Shown here in pieces: positions 39,150 to 49,919 of a DNA stretch of 64,000 nucleotides; position 1 is the stretch's first letter; each line of letters opens with the position of its first letter. Both the position numbers and the translations under genes were made by a program. The notes beneath the pieces were generated by a model. The model had not been told where the DNA came from, made no database searches, and saw only the letters and a program-made list of their open reading frames with translations. Source of the stretch: Octopus sinensis (taxonomy: Eukaryota); assembly GCF_006345805.1 (NCBI RefSeq), contig NC_043006.1, positions 25,358,001 to 25,422,000 of the forward strand, in the 5' to 3' direction.

Positions 39150-39545
39150 TAGGCACAGACATGGTTGTGTGATAAGAAGTTTGCTTCCTAGTTACATGGT
39201 TCTGAGTTCTGTCCTACTGCATGGTACCTTATAATGTCTTCTACTATAGCCTTGGGCCAACCAATGCCTTGTGAGTGGATTTGGTAAATGGAAACTGAAA
39301 GAAGCCTGTTATGCATATGTATGTATGTATATATATATGTGTATGTGTGTGCCATTGTTTGCCTTTCCACTACAACTTGACAACCATTGTTGGTTTGTTT
39401 ATGTCTGTAACTTAGAGGTTCAGCAACAGAGACTGATAGAATATGTCCCAGGCTTAAAAATATGTACTGGCGTCCATTTGTTCAACAAAGAAATTCAAGA
39501 TAGTACCCCAGCATGGCCATAGTCAGGTAACAGAAATAGGTAAAA
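39150..39545 (+). mobile_element. Diverged tRNA-derived SINE
   Basis: ggcacagacatggttgtgtgataagaagtttgc...ggaaactgaaagaagcc...cagcatggcc. Confidence 0.8.
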
Positions 39546-39773
39546 AAAACAAATCACACACACACACATAGAGAAGTAAGCACATAGATGCAAAACAAAG
39601 TGGGAGGAATGGTATTCAAATATCAAAGTTATATACTTTGTACTCAAAGTTATATACTTGGTACTCAAATATCAAAGTTATATACTATTTTATTAAAGCT
39701 GAAAAAATTCTTCACAAACTGTTAACCAGAGTTTATATTATATATGTTCACATACTTTATTATTCAGTATTAT

Positions 39774-39822
39774 CACAACTGTCTGATGAACGGTCATGTG
39801 AAACTCTGAGTAACAGCTTGTG
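39774..39822 (+). ncRNA. Minimal type I hammerhead ribozyme, intact core, GUA cleavage triplet
   Basis: CACAA-CTGT-CTGATGA-ACG(GTCA)TGT-GAAAC-TC(T)GA-GTA^-ACAG-C-TTGTG: helix I CTGT/ACAG extended by CACAA/TTGTG; palindromic helix III ACTC-T-GAGT; predicted cut after 39812. Confidence 0.85.
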
Positions 39823-40109
39823 AAGAATTTTTTCAGCTTTAATAAAATAGTGTGTGTATGTGTATTAGATAATAAAGCAAATGGTTTATACCTGGTAGCT
39901 TACTGGTAAAACACAGTCACTTTCCCAATGAGAAATGCATGCATCCAGAGCCATCTTGAGGCTGTAATGGAAGCTACTCTGAGTAAACTGTAATCTCCCA
40001 GCCATAAATCTAGTTGATAGTTTTTGATTTTTTAAAATACTTTTACTTTTGGATGGAAGTCTGAGTTTTCTTTTCCTTTCATGCAAACTGCCAAATTTAG
40101 CCTGAACAC

Positions 40110-40262
40110 CCTGTGCTTATGGGCTTCTTTCAGTTTCCATCTACCAAATCCACTCACAAGGCTTTGGTTGACCCAGTCCAAGGTGCCACACAGTGGGACT
40201 GAACTTGGAACCATGTTGTTGGGAAGCAAACTTCTTACCACACAGTTACACTTGCGCCTATT
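40110..40262 (-). mobile_element. SINE head, inverted relative to the 39150 copy
   Basis: Reverse complement reads ggcgcaagtgtaactgtgtggtaagaagtttgcttccc...ggaaactgaaagaagccc. Confidence 0.85.
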
Positions 40263-40689
40263 TTCTCTGAAAACACTTGCCCACCTGCAGTTACTGCAGC
40301 ATTGTCTTGTGATGATCCAAAAATTTCACCTCTAATGTTGCTAAACAAATAGCTTTGACCACTGCCTTCAATCATTGCCTTATTATGAACAGAGACCAGT
40401 AGATGAAAGGCAGACAACACCATTTTCCATCATTCCATGCTTTTCATTTACAAGCCAGAAACGCTTGCTCTGAGCCCTCTAATTTTTTTCTGTTGATGTC
40501 AGTATACTCAGAAAGAAATAGGAGTCAATTCATGGTGAAACTACTATTCTCTTTCAAGTCTTAGTGACAAAGTAATCTTTCAAAATCTTCAGATGACAAA
40601 TACTCCAAAGATTTATCATTAAATGTTAAAAGGTAAAAGAGGAAGAATGATAAAACATCAATTCAACACCAAGTACCTCAATTAGTCGC

Positions 40690-41000
40690 TCACCACACGG
40701 TTCAAGGGAATCCACTGAAGCAAGCCAACACACTTGTGGCATTATCACAAGCAATGGCAAGGCTAACAGGTTGGAACAGCCAAGCACCCTGACACCTAGC
40801 CACTAAGAATAAGGACTTCACTGCTAGCAGCCCAGCCCCTCGAAACATCTCAAATGCCATAGGCTGGAAAAAATGGTTCACTGACAAGTCTTGGGATTTT
40901 GTTCCATTTGGTTACAGAAGCAATGACCCTCCCATTTACTGCATGAGGCACCTACCAAAGATTAAGACCATCTGGTCTCTTCCCCTCACTTCTGGGTAAT
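40690..41000 (-). mobile_element. Possible CRE-type non-LTR C-terminal remnant
   Basis: QDLSVNHFFQPMAFE...WLFQPVSLAIACDNATSVL resembles the RLE-clade FxPxAxET...FQRLSxAIQRGNAxxVL terminus. Confidence 0.5.
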
Positions 41001-42267
41001 TCCACCAGCTCCAAAACTGAGGGGTTATTAAACTGAGCCAGGGCCCTATCTCTCAGTTCTGCTTTATATTTAAATTGCATAATATTGCAAATAGATTTTC
41101 TCCCCATTAATATCCTGTGTAGCATTCAGTATTTCCACTGTTCTTGTAATAAGTTTTCCATTTTATCTTTTTCAAATTCAAATGTTTATCAGATATTCTC
41201 TTCACATTAAGAGCCAGATGTTTGAATTTGAGTTTTTATAACTGAGTATTGTCTGTACTTGAGATTGTATTTGTGACTGATATCCAGTTTTTTTGTTGTC
41301 TTGCAGGTAAAACTGTCATTAATCTTCATAAGTTATCTACTTTCTATTTGATCTACTTTTCCTTATTGCTCTTTTATAATTTTCTTTTTATTCAGTATAA
41401 ATGTACATAAAACATACGTTTATTTATCAAGTAAAAATGTGCATACACACACACACATCTCTCTCTCTCGTGTGTGTATGGAAGGAGTACTCTTTGGTAT
41501 TTGGAATATTCTTTTAAGTAGACACTAAGACAAAGTGTAATATTCAGAATATATGCCAAATTATTTCTTTGGTCTCCATGTTAGGATATGTCCACTAATA
41601 TGCAACTTTTTCAAATCCGTCTCTGATGAAAATCTGTACTGTGTAATCTAAAAAAAATTTTTATACTTTTTTTCAGCTGTTTATATATTCATTATGTCAA
41701 AATAGTATTTTATATAGTTTTTTTGTCTATTAAATAGTAGAAAAAAATATACATAAATATGTTGATGACAACCATGGGAGAATAACCATTCTCATAACTT
41801 CACGATAAGAACTAGCTGTGTAGATTTCTTATAAAAAAGCCACTTAAGTTTGTTGTGGTTGGTAACATATCATTTACATGGTTGTTGAATGCTCCATGAA
41901 AATCTTTGTTAGATACTTGTTTTCTTTTATATGTTTGAATAATACACTTTTTATCATCATTCTTTTCCCCTTTCCATTTTTTTGGTAATCATAATATATG
42001 TAAATGTTACAAGTTTCATGTTACAGTAAATGTGTCTTATGTCATTACCCTGTGTTCATTATTTGATTATGTTATTTTTTGTTAAAAATAATTTATCAAA
42101 GAAATGCCTGAATTTTTCTAATTTTTGTTTTAGTTTTTCTTAAATTTTCATTTTAAGTTAATATTTGTATTTCAACAAAACTCTTCTGTTTATTTTGTAA
42201 ATAAATCAATCTCTTTATTTACATTATTTACAATTGATGGGTTTTTGTCCTCATCTTGTTTGTTGTT

Positions 42268-42313
42268 AACACAACGTTTCAGCTGATATACCCTCCAGCC
42301 TTCATCAGGTGTC
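42268..42313 (-). ncRNA. Minimal type I hammerhead ribozyme, intact core, antisense to Par-3
   Basis: Minus strand GACAC-CTGATGA-A-GGCTG(GAGGGTATAT)CAGCT-GAAAC-GTT^-GTGTT: helix I GACAC/GTGTT, helix II GGCTG/CAGCT, loopless palindromic helix III ACGT. Confidence 0.88.
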
Positions 42314-42648
42314 TTGGGGAAATTTCAAACCTGGGTTCTCATTCCTAAGGTATTTTTCGATGTTATTATTATTATTCAGGTCACTGCCTGGAATCGAACT
42401 CCATTATGGAATCCATACTTGGTGCGTGTTATTAATGTATGGAAAAATGGAGACCACCTCCCCCTGTGGAATGAAGTTAAAATAATAGACAGAGAACATC
42501 ACTGGAAAATACGAAAACTAAAAGAAGCAGCACATATGCTAGGACACAACAACCTCCTAAGCAGACCGAGTGTAGATATGAATAGCATATGGGGACTGGT
42601 ATTAAGGAAGGATAGGAGAATATTAGATTTATAAGCCCTAAAATTCAC

Positions 42649-42721
42649 GGACATATGGCGTAGTGGTTAAAAGTGCAGGCTACTAACCCCAAGATTCCAA
42701 TTTTGATTCCATGCAGTGACC
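42649..42721 (+). promoter_or_regulatory. tRNA-derived (Arg-like) Pol III type-2 promoter-like segment inside the PLE terminal repeat
   Basis: A box TGGCGTAGTGG (42656-42666), anticodon-like loop CTACTAA, AAGATTCC variable region, degenerate B box TTTTGATTCC; the inverted arm preserves GTTCGATTCC (42390-42399, minus strand). Confidence 0.75.
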
Positions 42722-43768
42722 TGCATAATAATAATAATAACAACAACAACAACAACAAAATACCTTAGGAATGAGAACCCAGGTTCGAAGTTTCCCCCAA
42801 GACACCTGATGAAACGTGTTAACAACAAACAAGATGAGGACAAATATCCGTCAATTGTAAATAATGTACATAATTCCTCATCTCTTAAATATAGAACTGT
42901 AAATCAATCTCTCTCTTGATTATTTCTTAGTGAAATTTTGTTTTAAAAATTCTGAAAATAATTTTCTCTTGTTTCTCAAATATTGCTTATAGTTACCTAA
43001 ATTTCAGCTTACAATTTTCTTCTCAAAACTTTTATTCATATCCTTGCAGCTGAGTTAAAATCTTTTGCAAAAACCCTTTGAATGAATTATACATAACTGT
43101 ATCTAATATAAGATAGATACTGACATCCCATTCTCATCATATCAATTAACACAAATCTGATTATTCCTAAACCTTCTAAATATATAATATTCCCTTCCTT
43201 AAAAATGCAATATCATTAAGTTTCCGCTTTTGGTTTAATTAATCTTTACTGCATGGATTTAAATGCACATGTATTTACCTTAAGAATTTAAGATACTTAT
43301 TAAGGGAGAAACTAGTTCTGCACTTTTGTCAGTTACACAAAAAAAGAACTAGTGTTAGATTTTTTTAATGGTAAGTCCCATTTCTTAAGATTTTATTTCA
43401 AAACTAAGACTAATTGAAATGCATCAAAATTTGATGATGGTGGTTGAACTTTGAAGCTTCACATTCTGGAGACTATTATTTGGTTTATTCAAGAAAATAT
43501 TCTAGACATCCTATCCCTGTGAAGGACTATCTGACAACAGAATTCAAATATTTGGCCTCTAAGCAAGAAAAAGTTAACCCTCAGATTGAATTGAATATAA
43601 TATATTTACATACAATGAAGGTATCAGAATAAAATTGGATGTTATTTTTTTTTATATCTTTTCTTAGCAGTATTTCATCAAAGAACAGTTATTTGCTATC
43701 TGTTAATGAACCAAAGGAAATTTTCTGCTTTATTATTATGTTTCAAATATGCTTGTGTCACATAACAG

Positions 43769-43957
43769 GAAAATGGTGATTCCCAAACTAACCAAGAAAA
43801 ATGTCTTCAGCCTCGGTGGAATAGTACAGGACATAACAAGAATAAACATTTTGCTTCTCATTTCTCTCGTGAATATTCTCGACAATCCTTGGGTGCTCGA
43901 CCCAGCATGTTGAAATGGTTTGAAGCACAAGAAAGATATGAGGAGAAGCTTAAGGAT
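43769..43957 (+). CDS. PARD3: Par-3 coding exon (inferred exon 5)
   Basis: ataacag|GAA...GAT|gtgagt; 189 nt open, phase 0-0, in-frame TAA just upstream of the acceptor; ...FSREYSRQSLGARPSMLKWFEAQERYEEKLKD resembles vertebrate [25 protein letters not shown]. The 5' boundary is less sure: an in-frame AG also ends at 43810. Confidence 0.85.
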
Positions 43958-46449
43958 GTGAGTGGTTTTGTTATTTCTATGATAAAAACAAAATCAGAAA
44001 TTCTATTCCCTCCCACCCAAACTCTCTCTCCCCCCCGCCCCTCCCTCCTGCCTGAAAATCTATATCTTTTCGGAAAGTTTGTTTGGAAGTAATATTAAGA
44101 ATTGTAATGAAAGGCATAAATTGGATCAAAGATTTTGACAACAATGGCACTGGATTCTGAAAACAGATAAATAGCAGAAAATTAAAATGCTGAGAAATAA
44201 TACAAGAATATATTTTTAATGTTTCCACTTGGTACCAAGGAAGGTGAAATTTCTAATAAAAGTCTGATAATAATGTGTCAGTATTTAGATGTTCCCAAGC
44301 AAAATTGCATTAATTCATTAATGTGGAAGAACTCATTGATTAGACTAGATATGGAGTCAGCTTTTATTACCTTTATGTGTAACTGTTCTTAATGTGTTAA
44401 CAAGTAAAAAGATGCTTCCAATCATAATGAAATTCTGATATTAGAATTATTTTTCTTGTTTCTTTATCAAAATTTTACTCTTGTAAAAAAATTTTAAAAA
44501 TTAAACATTCTTTAATCTATCTAAGCATATTTTTGAAAAGAACATCTTCAAATTCCTTAACATTTTTCTACTTTATTAGAGTTCCAGTTTTCAGATTTCC
44601 AAAATATCTTAATAATGAAGCAACTGTAATTTGAAAATCTAATCATTAATTCAAACTAAATATATTTATATCATATAATTTAAACTTTATAAACAAAGAA
44701 GCTCTTTAAAATTTTAAATCTTGTAACGTCATCTATACAATTCCGAGATGACAATTCTTTGTTGAACATAATTTATACTCAACATAATATCAAAATGCAA
44801 ATTTCCTAGTTTCTCAGCCAAACACCTTTCGCTTGATGAAAATGTATCTAAAATACTCAAAAACCAACTAACACATGAGTGTAATTTTGATGACTAATAA
44901 CTTCATCTGAAAACATGAAATATTTGTTTTATATTTACATCTCAAGTAGTTTTATTTCCTACTGTCACCATGCATCTTACTTTTGAACATGTACATAGTA
45001 CCAACTGAGTTTGATCTAGGAACCTTTATTTCTAAACCAAGGACTTAGTGGCACAATGGATAAGGGTATTATGACTTGTAACATAGAAATAAAGTTCCTA
45101 GTTTCAATTGAGTCAGATGAAAAACTATCTACTACAGATAATCATGTAAACCAGTAATATATATTTCACAGCTGGGCCACTTGTAATTAAAGTGACACCA
45201 CCACCACTTTGGTGTGTAGAATGTAGACAGACACTCTGACAAGACAAAAATGGTGCCTGTCCAGATAAGGCCAGATAAACTCAACTGGAAGCCAAAGCCC
45301 TCCATCACACCTAATGATGCAGGGTTCCATTAAGGTTTTTGAATCAAACATTGCCGACTTTTTTGGCAACTCTTTCATTGTGTTGTCTATACTGGTATTG
45401 CATTTCTTCTGACTAACCCAAGGAGGTTAAGGCAAAAGAAACTCCTTTATATATTTGATACCACCCATTGCAGCTTAAATGAGTCCTTCCTAAATATTTC
45501 TTAAGCAAGCCATTCCTAATTTGAATTTAGTCAAAGACACCTGATGACAAATGGAGATCAAAACAGTTCAAAGCACAATGTATATGTAAATATTGAAATT
45601 TGTTTCATTTTTAAAGATGAAGATGAAAATTACTACCTTAGTAACAATTACTCATTTCTGAAATTTCCTTGCTTGAAATTTTTTAACAGCTTCCTTTCAA
45701 ATGTTCTCCTTCCCTGCTTAAATGTATTTAAATGAAGAAATTGTCAATATGTAATTTTATTCTTCTTTTAAGATTTTCACCTATACTGTACTGTCTGCCC
45801 TTTATAAAGGGCTGCCAATATTCTTTTCTACTATTCTGTATCTATGCACATAATTTTCTTGTATTAGTTTTCACTTCTAGTTGCAGATCAGATCACAATC
45901 ATATCACTTTTGGTATCATTCATAACTTGAACACCTTCATGATTCATTTGCATGTATAAATGTCCACACATTCACACAATAGTGCTCTTTTTTTATCATG
46001 CACATGCATTTACATGGTTTTGTCTCTTCTGCTTTGTGTGTGTGTGTGTGCGTGTGCGCACGCGTGCACAATTTTCTAAGTTTAATATCTTTATTGATTT
46101 CGAAAGGAAGGAGCATGAGGATCAGAGACTTGTGTTATTCTGGATTGCCAGGCAGTGTGTCAGAGAGAATCAAGATGCTGTGAGAGAGAAGTGTGTATAG
46201 ACAGATAATTGTATACTTGTTCTTAGTGATCCTAAAAAGAAGAGTTACTGTGGAAGGCTATTAAATGTGAAGAATGGAGAGTCTCCTTCATGTGAACCCA
46301 ACTGAAATGGGGTGATAATAATCAAAATAAGCAACAAGGATATCCAAAGGTAGTGTAGTACAATTGTTTCATGCTACTTCATTTGATTAAACAATGTAAG
46401 TATTACGTCAGTTTTAAAATGTAGAGCACTCTTCAGCTAAATATGGAAT

Positions 46450-47790
46450 TTTAAAAATTATATTGACAATGTTCATTCTTAAACTTATTCCATTTGCCAA
46501 CATTACAAAGAGGGTAGATATATAGACAGAGAGATGAATTTCATTAGTAAGAACATGGTAGTAGATCTTTCCTCATGGGCAGATTTTTTATCACTGAGTT
46601 CACTTTGTTATTTAGATTTTCCAATGGGGAGGGTTTTTTTTTATCAAGTTCAGTGGAGACAAACAAGAATTTTTCTATTTATAGGTAGAGGAAGGGGTAG
46701 TTCAAATGTCAGAGCCATAAATATAACCCTTTTCTGAGGAATTTAACTTTGGCACATTTGAATGTACTTTAGCTAAAGTTAAGTAGGCTGAAGCTAGTGT
46801 GGTAGGGAGAATAGAGATTTCTAATGCCCTTAACCATTTAACAGCCATAATCCTGCTTGTGATTTTAAATAAATATCCTTTAGATAGTTTTTTTTCCAAA
46901 GGATTCTAATAAATTTTAGTATCTTATATAGGGATGGAGAGTATAGAAATCATTTCATATTTATAAAAAAATATATATCAGATTATTATTAATGTAGATT
47001 CATAGTTAGTAAATAGTAATTTATTTTTATTAATGAGTTAAATTAAAGGAATATGCTAGACCTAATATTTATTAGCTGTTAATAAAAAAACTTTATCAAT
47101 TAGCACCTATATCAAGAGCCTATAAGATATTTTAAAGTGTAATGGAAGGGAGGTAATCAAGATGAACTTAATAATTTCACTAGATATATGGAATTTATGC
47201 AATCCTATATAGAAAAGTTTTAAAAGATTTTATTTCACTTTATTCAATTTATATTATAAAATTTCTTAATAATCTATGCAGGTTAAATAAACTCGTATGC
47301 TATATTATTTCCTTATTTGGTTACAAAACATTAAGATTTGAAAATTTAGGAATAGTCAGAATGCTATTATTTAAAATACTTAAAAGTGCGGGTGGCACAA
47401 TGTATGCAGGATACTCCTAGATCAAAACGGTTATTCAATAAGTTTATATTATTCCTATGTTTCAAAATTTCATATGTCTCCATAGAACAAAGTTCACATC
47501 CATCTCTACTATTTTTTAAGGCTGTGCCTTTCTTATTATATCCCATTTTAGGTTAAACTCGATATTTTTTCCTTTCAATTCCCAAATTTTACTCGACAGT
47601 GCTGTGCAACCCGCCTTATGTTTAAGTCTAAAAGAAGAAAAATAATTGTTCAAATGTTTCTTCAGGTCTATTGAACATCCGAAATAAAAATAGCTATTAT
47701 TTGCAGTCATTACTGTACATTTGAAGTAGCATGAAATGATTGTACTACACTACCTTTGGATATCCTTGTTGCTTATTTTGATTTTATATA
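46450..47790 (-). mobile_element. Penelope-like element end (GIY-YIG) followed by a likely tandem tail
   Basis: YFYFGCSIDLKKHLNNYFSSFRLKHK..CTALSSKIWELKGKNIEFNLKWDII...CELCSMETYEI...LLNNR; the tail assignment is weaker. Confidence 0.75.
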
Positions 47791-47864
47791 TAGATAGATA
47801 GATAGACAGACAAAAATTATTTGAGAATGGATACATGGCATTCAATCATATAATAATGTAAATA

Positions 47865-48091
47865 ACACCATTTGAACGTGGCCATTGCCAGTACCGCCTG
47901 ACTGGCCCTCGTGCTGGTGGCACGTAAAAGCACCCACTACACTCTCAGAGTGGTTGGCATTAGGAAGGGCATCAAGCTGTAGAAACTGCCAGATCAGATT
48001 GGAGCTTGGTGCAGCCATCTGGTTCACTAGTCCTCAGTCAAATCGTTCAACCCATGCTAGCATGGAAAGCGGACATTAAACGATGATGATG

Positions 48092-48093
<2 letters not shown>
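47865..48093 (+). mobile_element. RTE 3' UTR fragment with (GAT)n tail
   Basis: gagtggttggcattaggaagggcatc...catgctagcatggaaagcggacattaaacgatgatgat followed by (TA)n. Confidence 0.9.
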
Positions 48094-48130
<37 letters not shown>

Positions 48131-48329
48131 ATGTGTGTGTATCAAAATAAGCAACAAGGATATCCAGAGGTAATGCAGTACGATTGTTTCATGCAACCCC
48201 ATTTAATTCAACAATGCAATCATTACATCAATTTAAAATGCAGAGCAATCTTCAGCTGCACAAAGACATAGAATTTGATTAAATTAGAACAGATGGACAC
48301 ATTAGTATAATTATACCTAAAATCTCCAA

Positions 48330-49884
48330 GAAGTTAAGGGGGTAGACAAAGAACCTGCGAGTTCTGACATGAAAGCAGCTGAGTGGTATTCAACTGTGAT
48401 GAAATGCCTGTTTTGGAAAAGAATGCCCAGAAGAACCTACATAACTTCAAAGAAGAAAATACCAGGTCAGAAGCCTATGATAGATAGGCCAACTCTTGTC
48501 CTTTGTGCCAATGTGTGTGGAAACTTGAAGATTAAGCTGCTCCTTGTCTACATTCCAAAAACCCATGAGCGTTCAAGTCACATGGCAAACATTAAAGCCT
48601 GGGTCACCAGGCAATTCTTCTCTGAGCAGGTCAACCTTGTCTTTGGATCAGCATTAAAAAGTACCTTCTGGAGAGCAATCTTCCTGTCAAGGCCCTCCTC
48701 AGCCATGACAATGCTCCTGCTCACCCTCCTAACCTTGAAGATGATATCCTGGACGAATCAAAATTTATAAAAGTTCTGTACCTTTCACACAACACCACCC
48801 CTATCTTGCAGCCTATGGACCAACAAGTGGTTTCTAATTTTAAGAAATTGTACACCAATCACATTTCATCAGTGCTTTGAAGTCACCGAAAATACAAATC
48901 TAACTCTTCATGGGTTTTGGAAGGGGTACTGCAATATTGTAAACTGCCTGAAAATCATCAATATAGCCTGGCAGGGTGTAACAAGGAGAACACTGAATTC
49001 TGGAAACTGTGGTCTGACTGTGTATCTGAAAGAGATTTCAAAAGGTCTGAGTCTAAGACACCTGTAGTCGAAGAGATAGTGTCTCATGGCAAATCCATGG
49101 GCCTCGCGGTTGATGATGAGGACATTAACGACCTTGTCGAGGAACACTCAATGAAGCTGATGACAGATGAACTCCTGCAACTTCAGGTGCAGCAGCATTT
49201 GGATGCAGTGGAAGAGATTGATTCCCCGGAGGAGGACAGTGTAGCAGAGAAGGATATTTCTACGAGTGACATAAAGGCAGTGTTGGCTAAGTGGCAGTAT
49301 GATTCTGAATTTGTAGAAAAATATCATCCTGAAAAAGTAGCTACAGATTATGCAGCTGTTTTATTTACTGACACTGCTCTGACACATTTTCGTAACTTTT
49401 TGAAAGGCAATAAAAAGAAGACTTCTCTTGATATGTTTCTTATGAAAAGACCTGCAAGTGTAAAAAGTCAAGAAAGTGTGTCCAAAAAGCCTAACTTAAG
49501 CAAAGTGGGAGAAAAAACACCAGAACTTGTTCTTCCTGAAGTCTTAATGGAAGGAGATTCTCCTTCCAAACAATAATCCCCCTCTCCCCTCTTTATTGTC
49601 TTTCTCACACAAATCGTCCCATCTTTTAAGGTAATTCACTTAATAAAACCAGCTTACATATTTCTTTTGCATTCTCTTTTTTTATAATTCTCATTTTACT
49701 TGTAACTAAACCCTCTCTGTTTCAAAACCCATAAAAAATTATTTTGGGGTGGTTTTGGTGGAGGTGGAACAGATTAATTATATTTTAGTTAATTTCAATG
49801 GGGAAAATTCATTTGTAAAATGAGTAATTCATAAAACAAGATTGGTTATGGAATGAATTAAACTTGTACCATGAGGTATCACTG
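48330..49884 (+). mobile_element. Tigger/pogo DNA transposon, 5'-truncated and frameshifted
   Basis: CLFWKRMPRRTYIT...GQKPMIDRPTLVLCANVCGNLKIK; ILQPMDQQVVSNFKKLY; acidic C-terminus; right TIR ...gaggtatcactg ending at 49884. Confidence 0.92.
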
Positions 49885-49919
49885 TGTGTGTGCGTGTATA
49901 TATATATATATATATATGT

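Larger units (their letters stand above)
42215..42899 (+). mobile_element. 5'-truncated Penelope-like insertion with inverted terminal repeat and 13-bp TSD
   Basis: TSD TAAATCAATCTCT at 42202-42214 and 42900-42912; inverted arm 42215-42401; endonuclease-domain C-terminus HLPLWNEVKIIDREHHWKIRKLKEAAHML...IWGLVL..DL* (stop 42632-42634); direct arm 42649-42899. Confidence 0.9.

Noticed and set aside
42649-42721. Possible functional tRNA gene (apparent anticodon ACT)
   Set aside because: Acceptor, D and T stems are imperfect, the B box is mutated and it is embedded in a retroelement; treated as tRNA-derived
44833-44864. TTGATGA..GTAT(ctaaa)ATAC-TC-AAAAAC, possibly an old hammerhead
   Set aside because: Both conserved boxes are mutated and the region is very AT-rich, so chance cannot be excluded
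45536-45572. GACACCTGATGA identical to the 42801 motif, followed by AAAAC
   Set aside because: No helix II, no matching helix I partner and unrelated flanks
48917-49576. 219-aa open frame suggesting a domesticated TIGD/CENP-B-like gene
   Set aside because: The upstream DDE region has frameshifts and stops, the N-terminus is missing and a TIR remains; it is a dead Tigger
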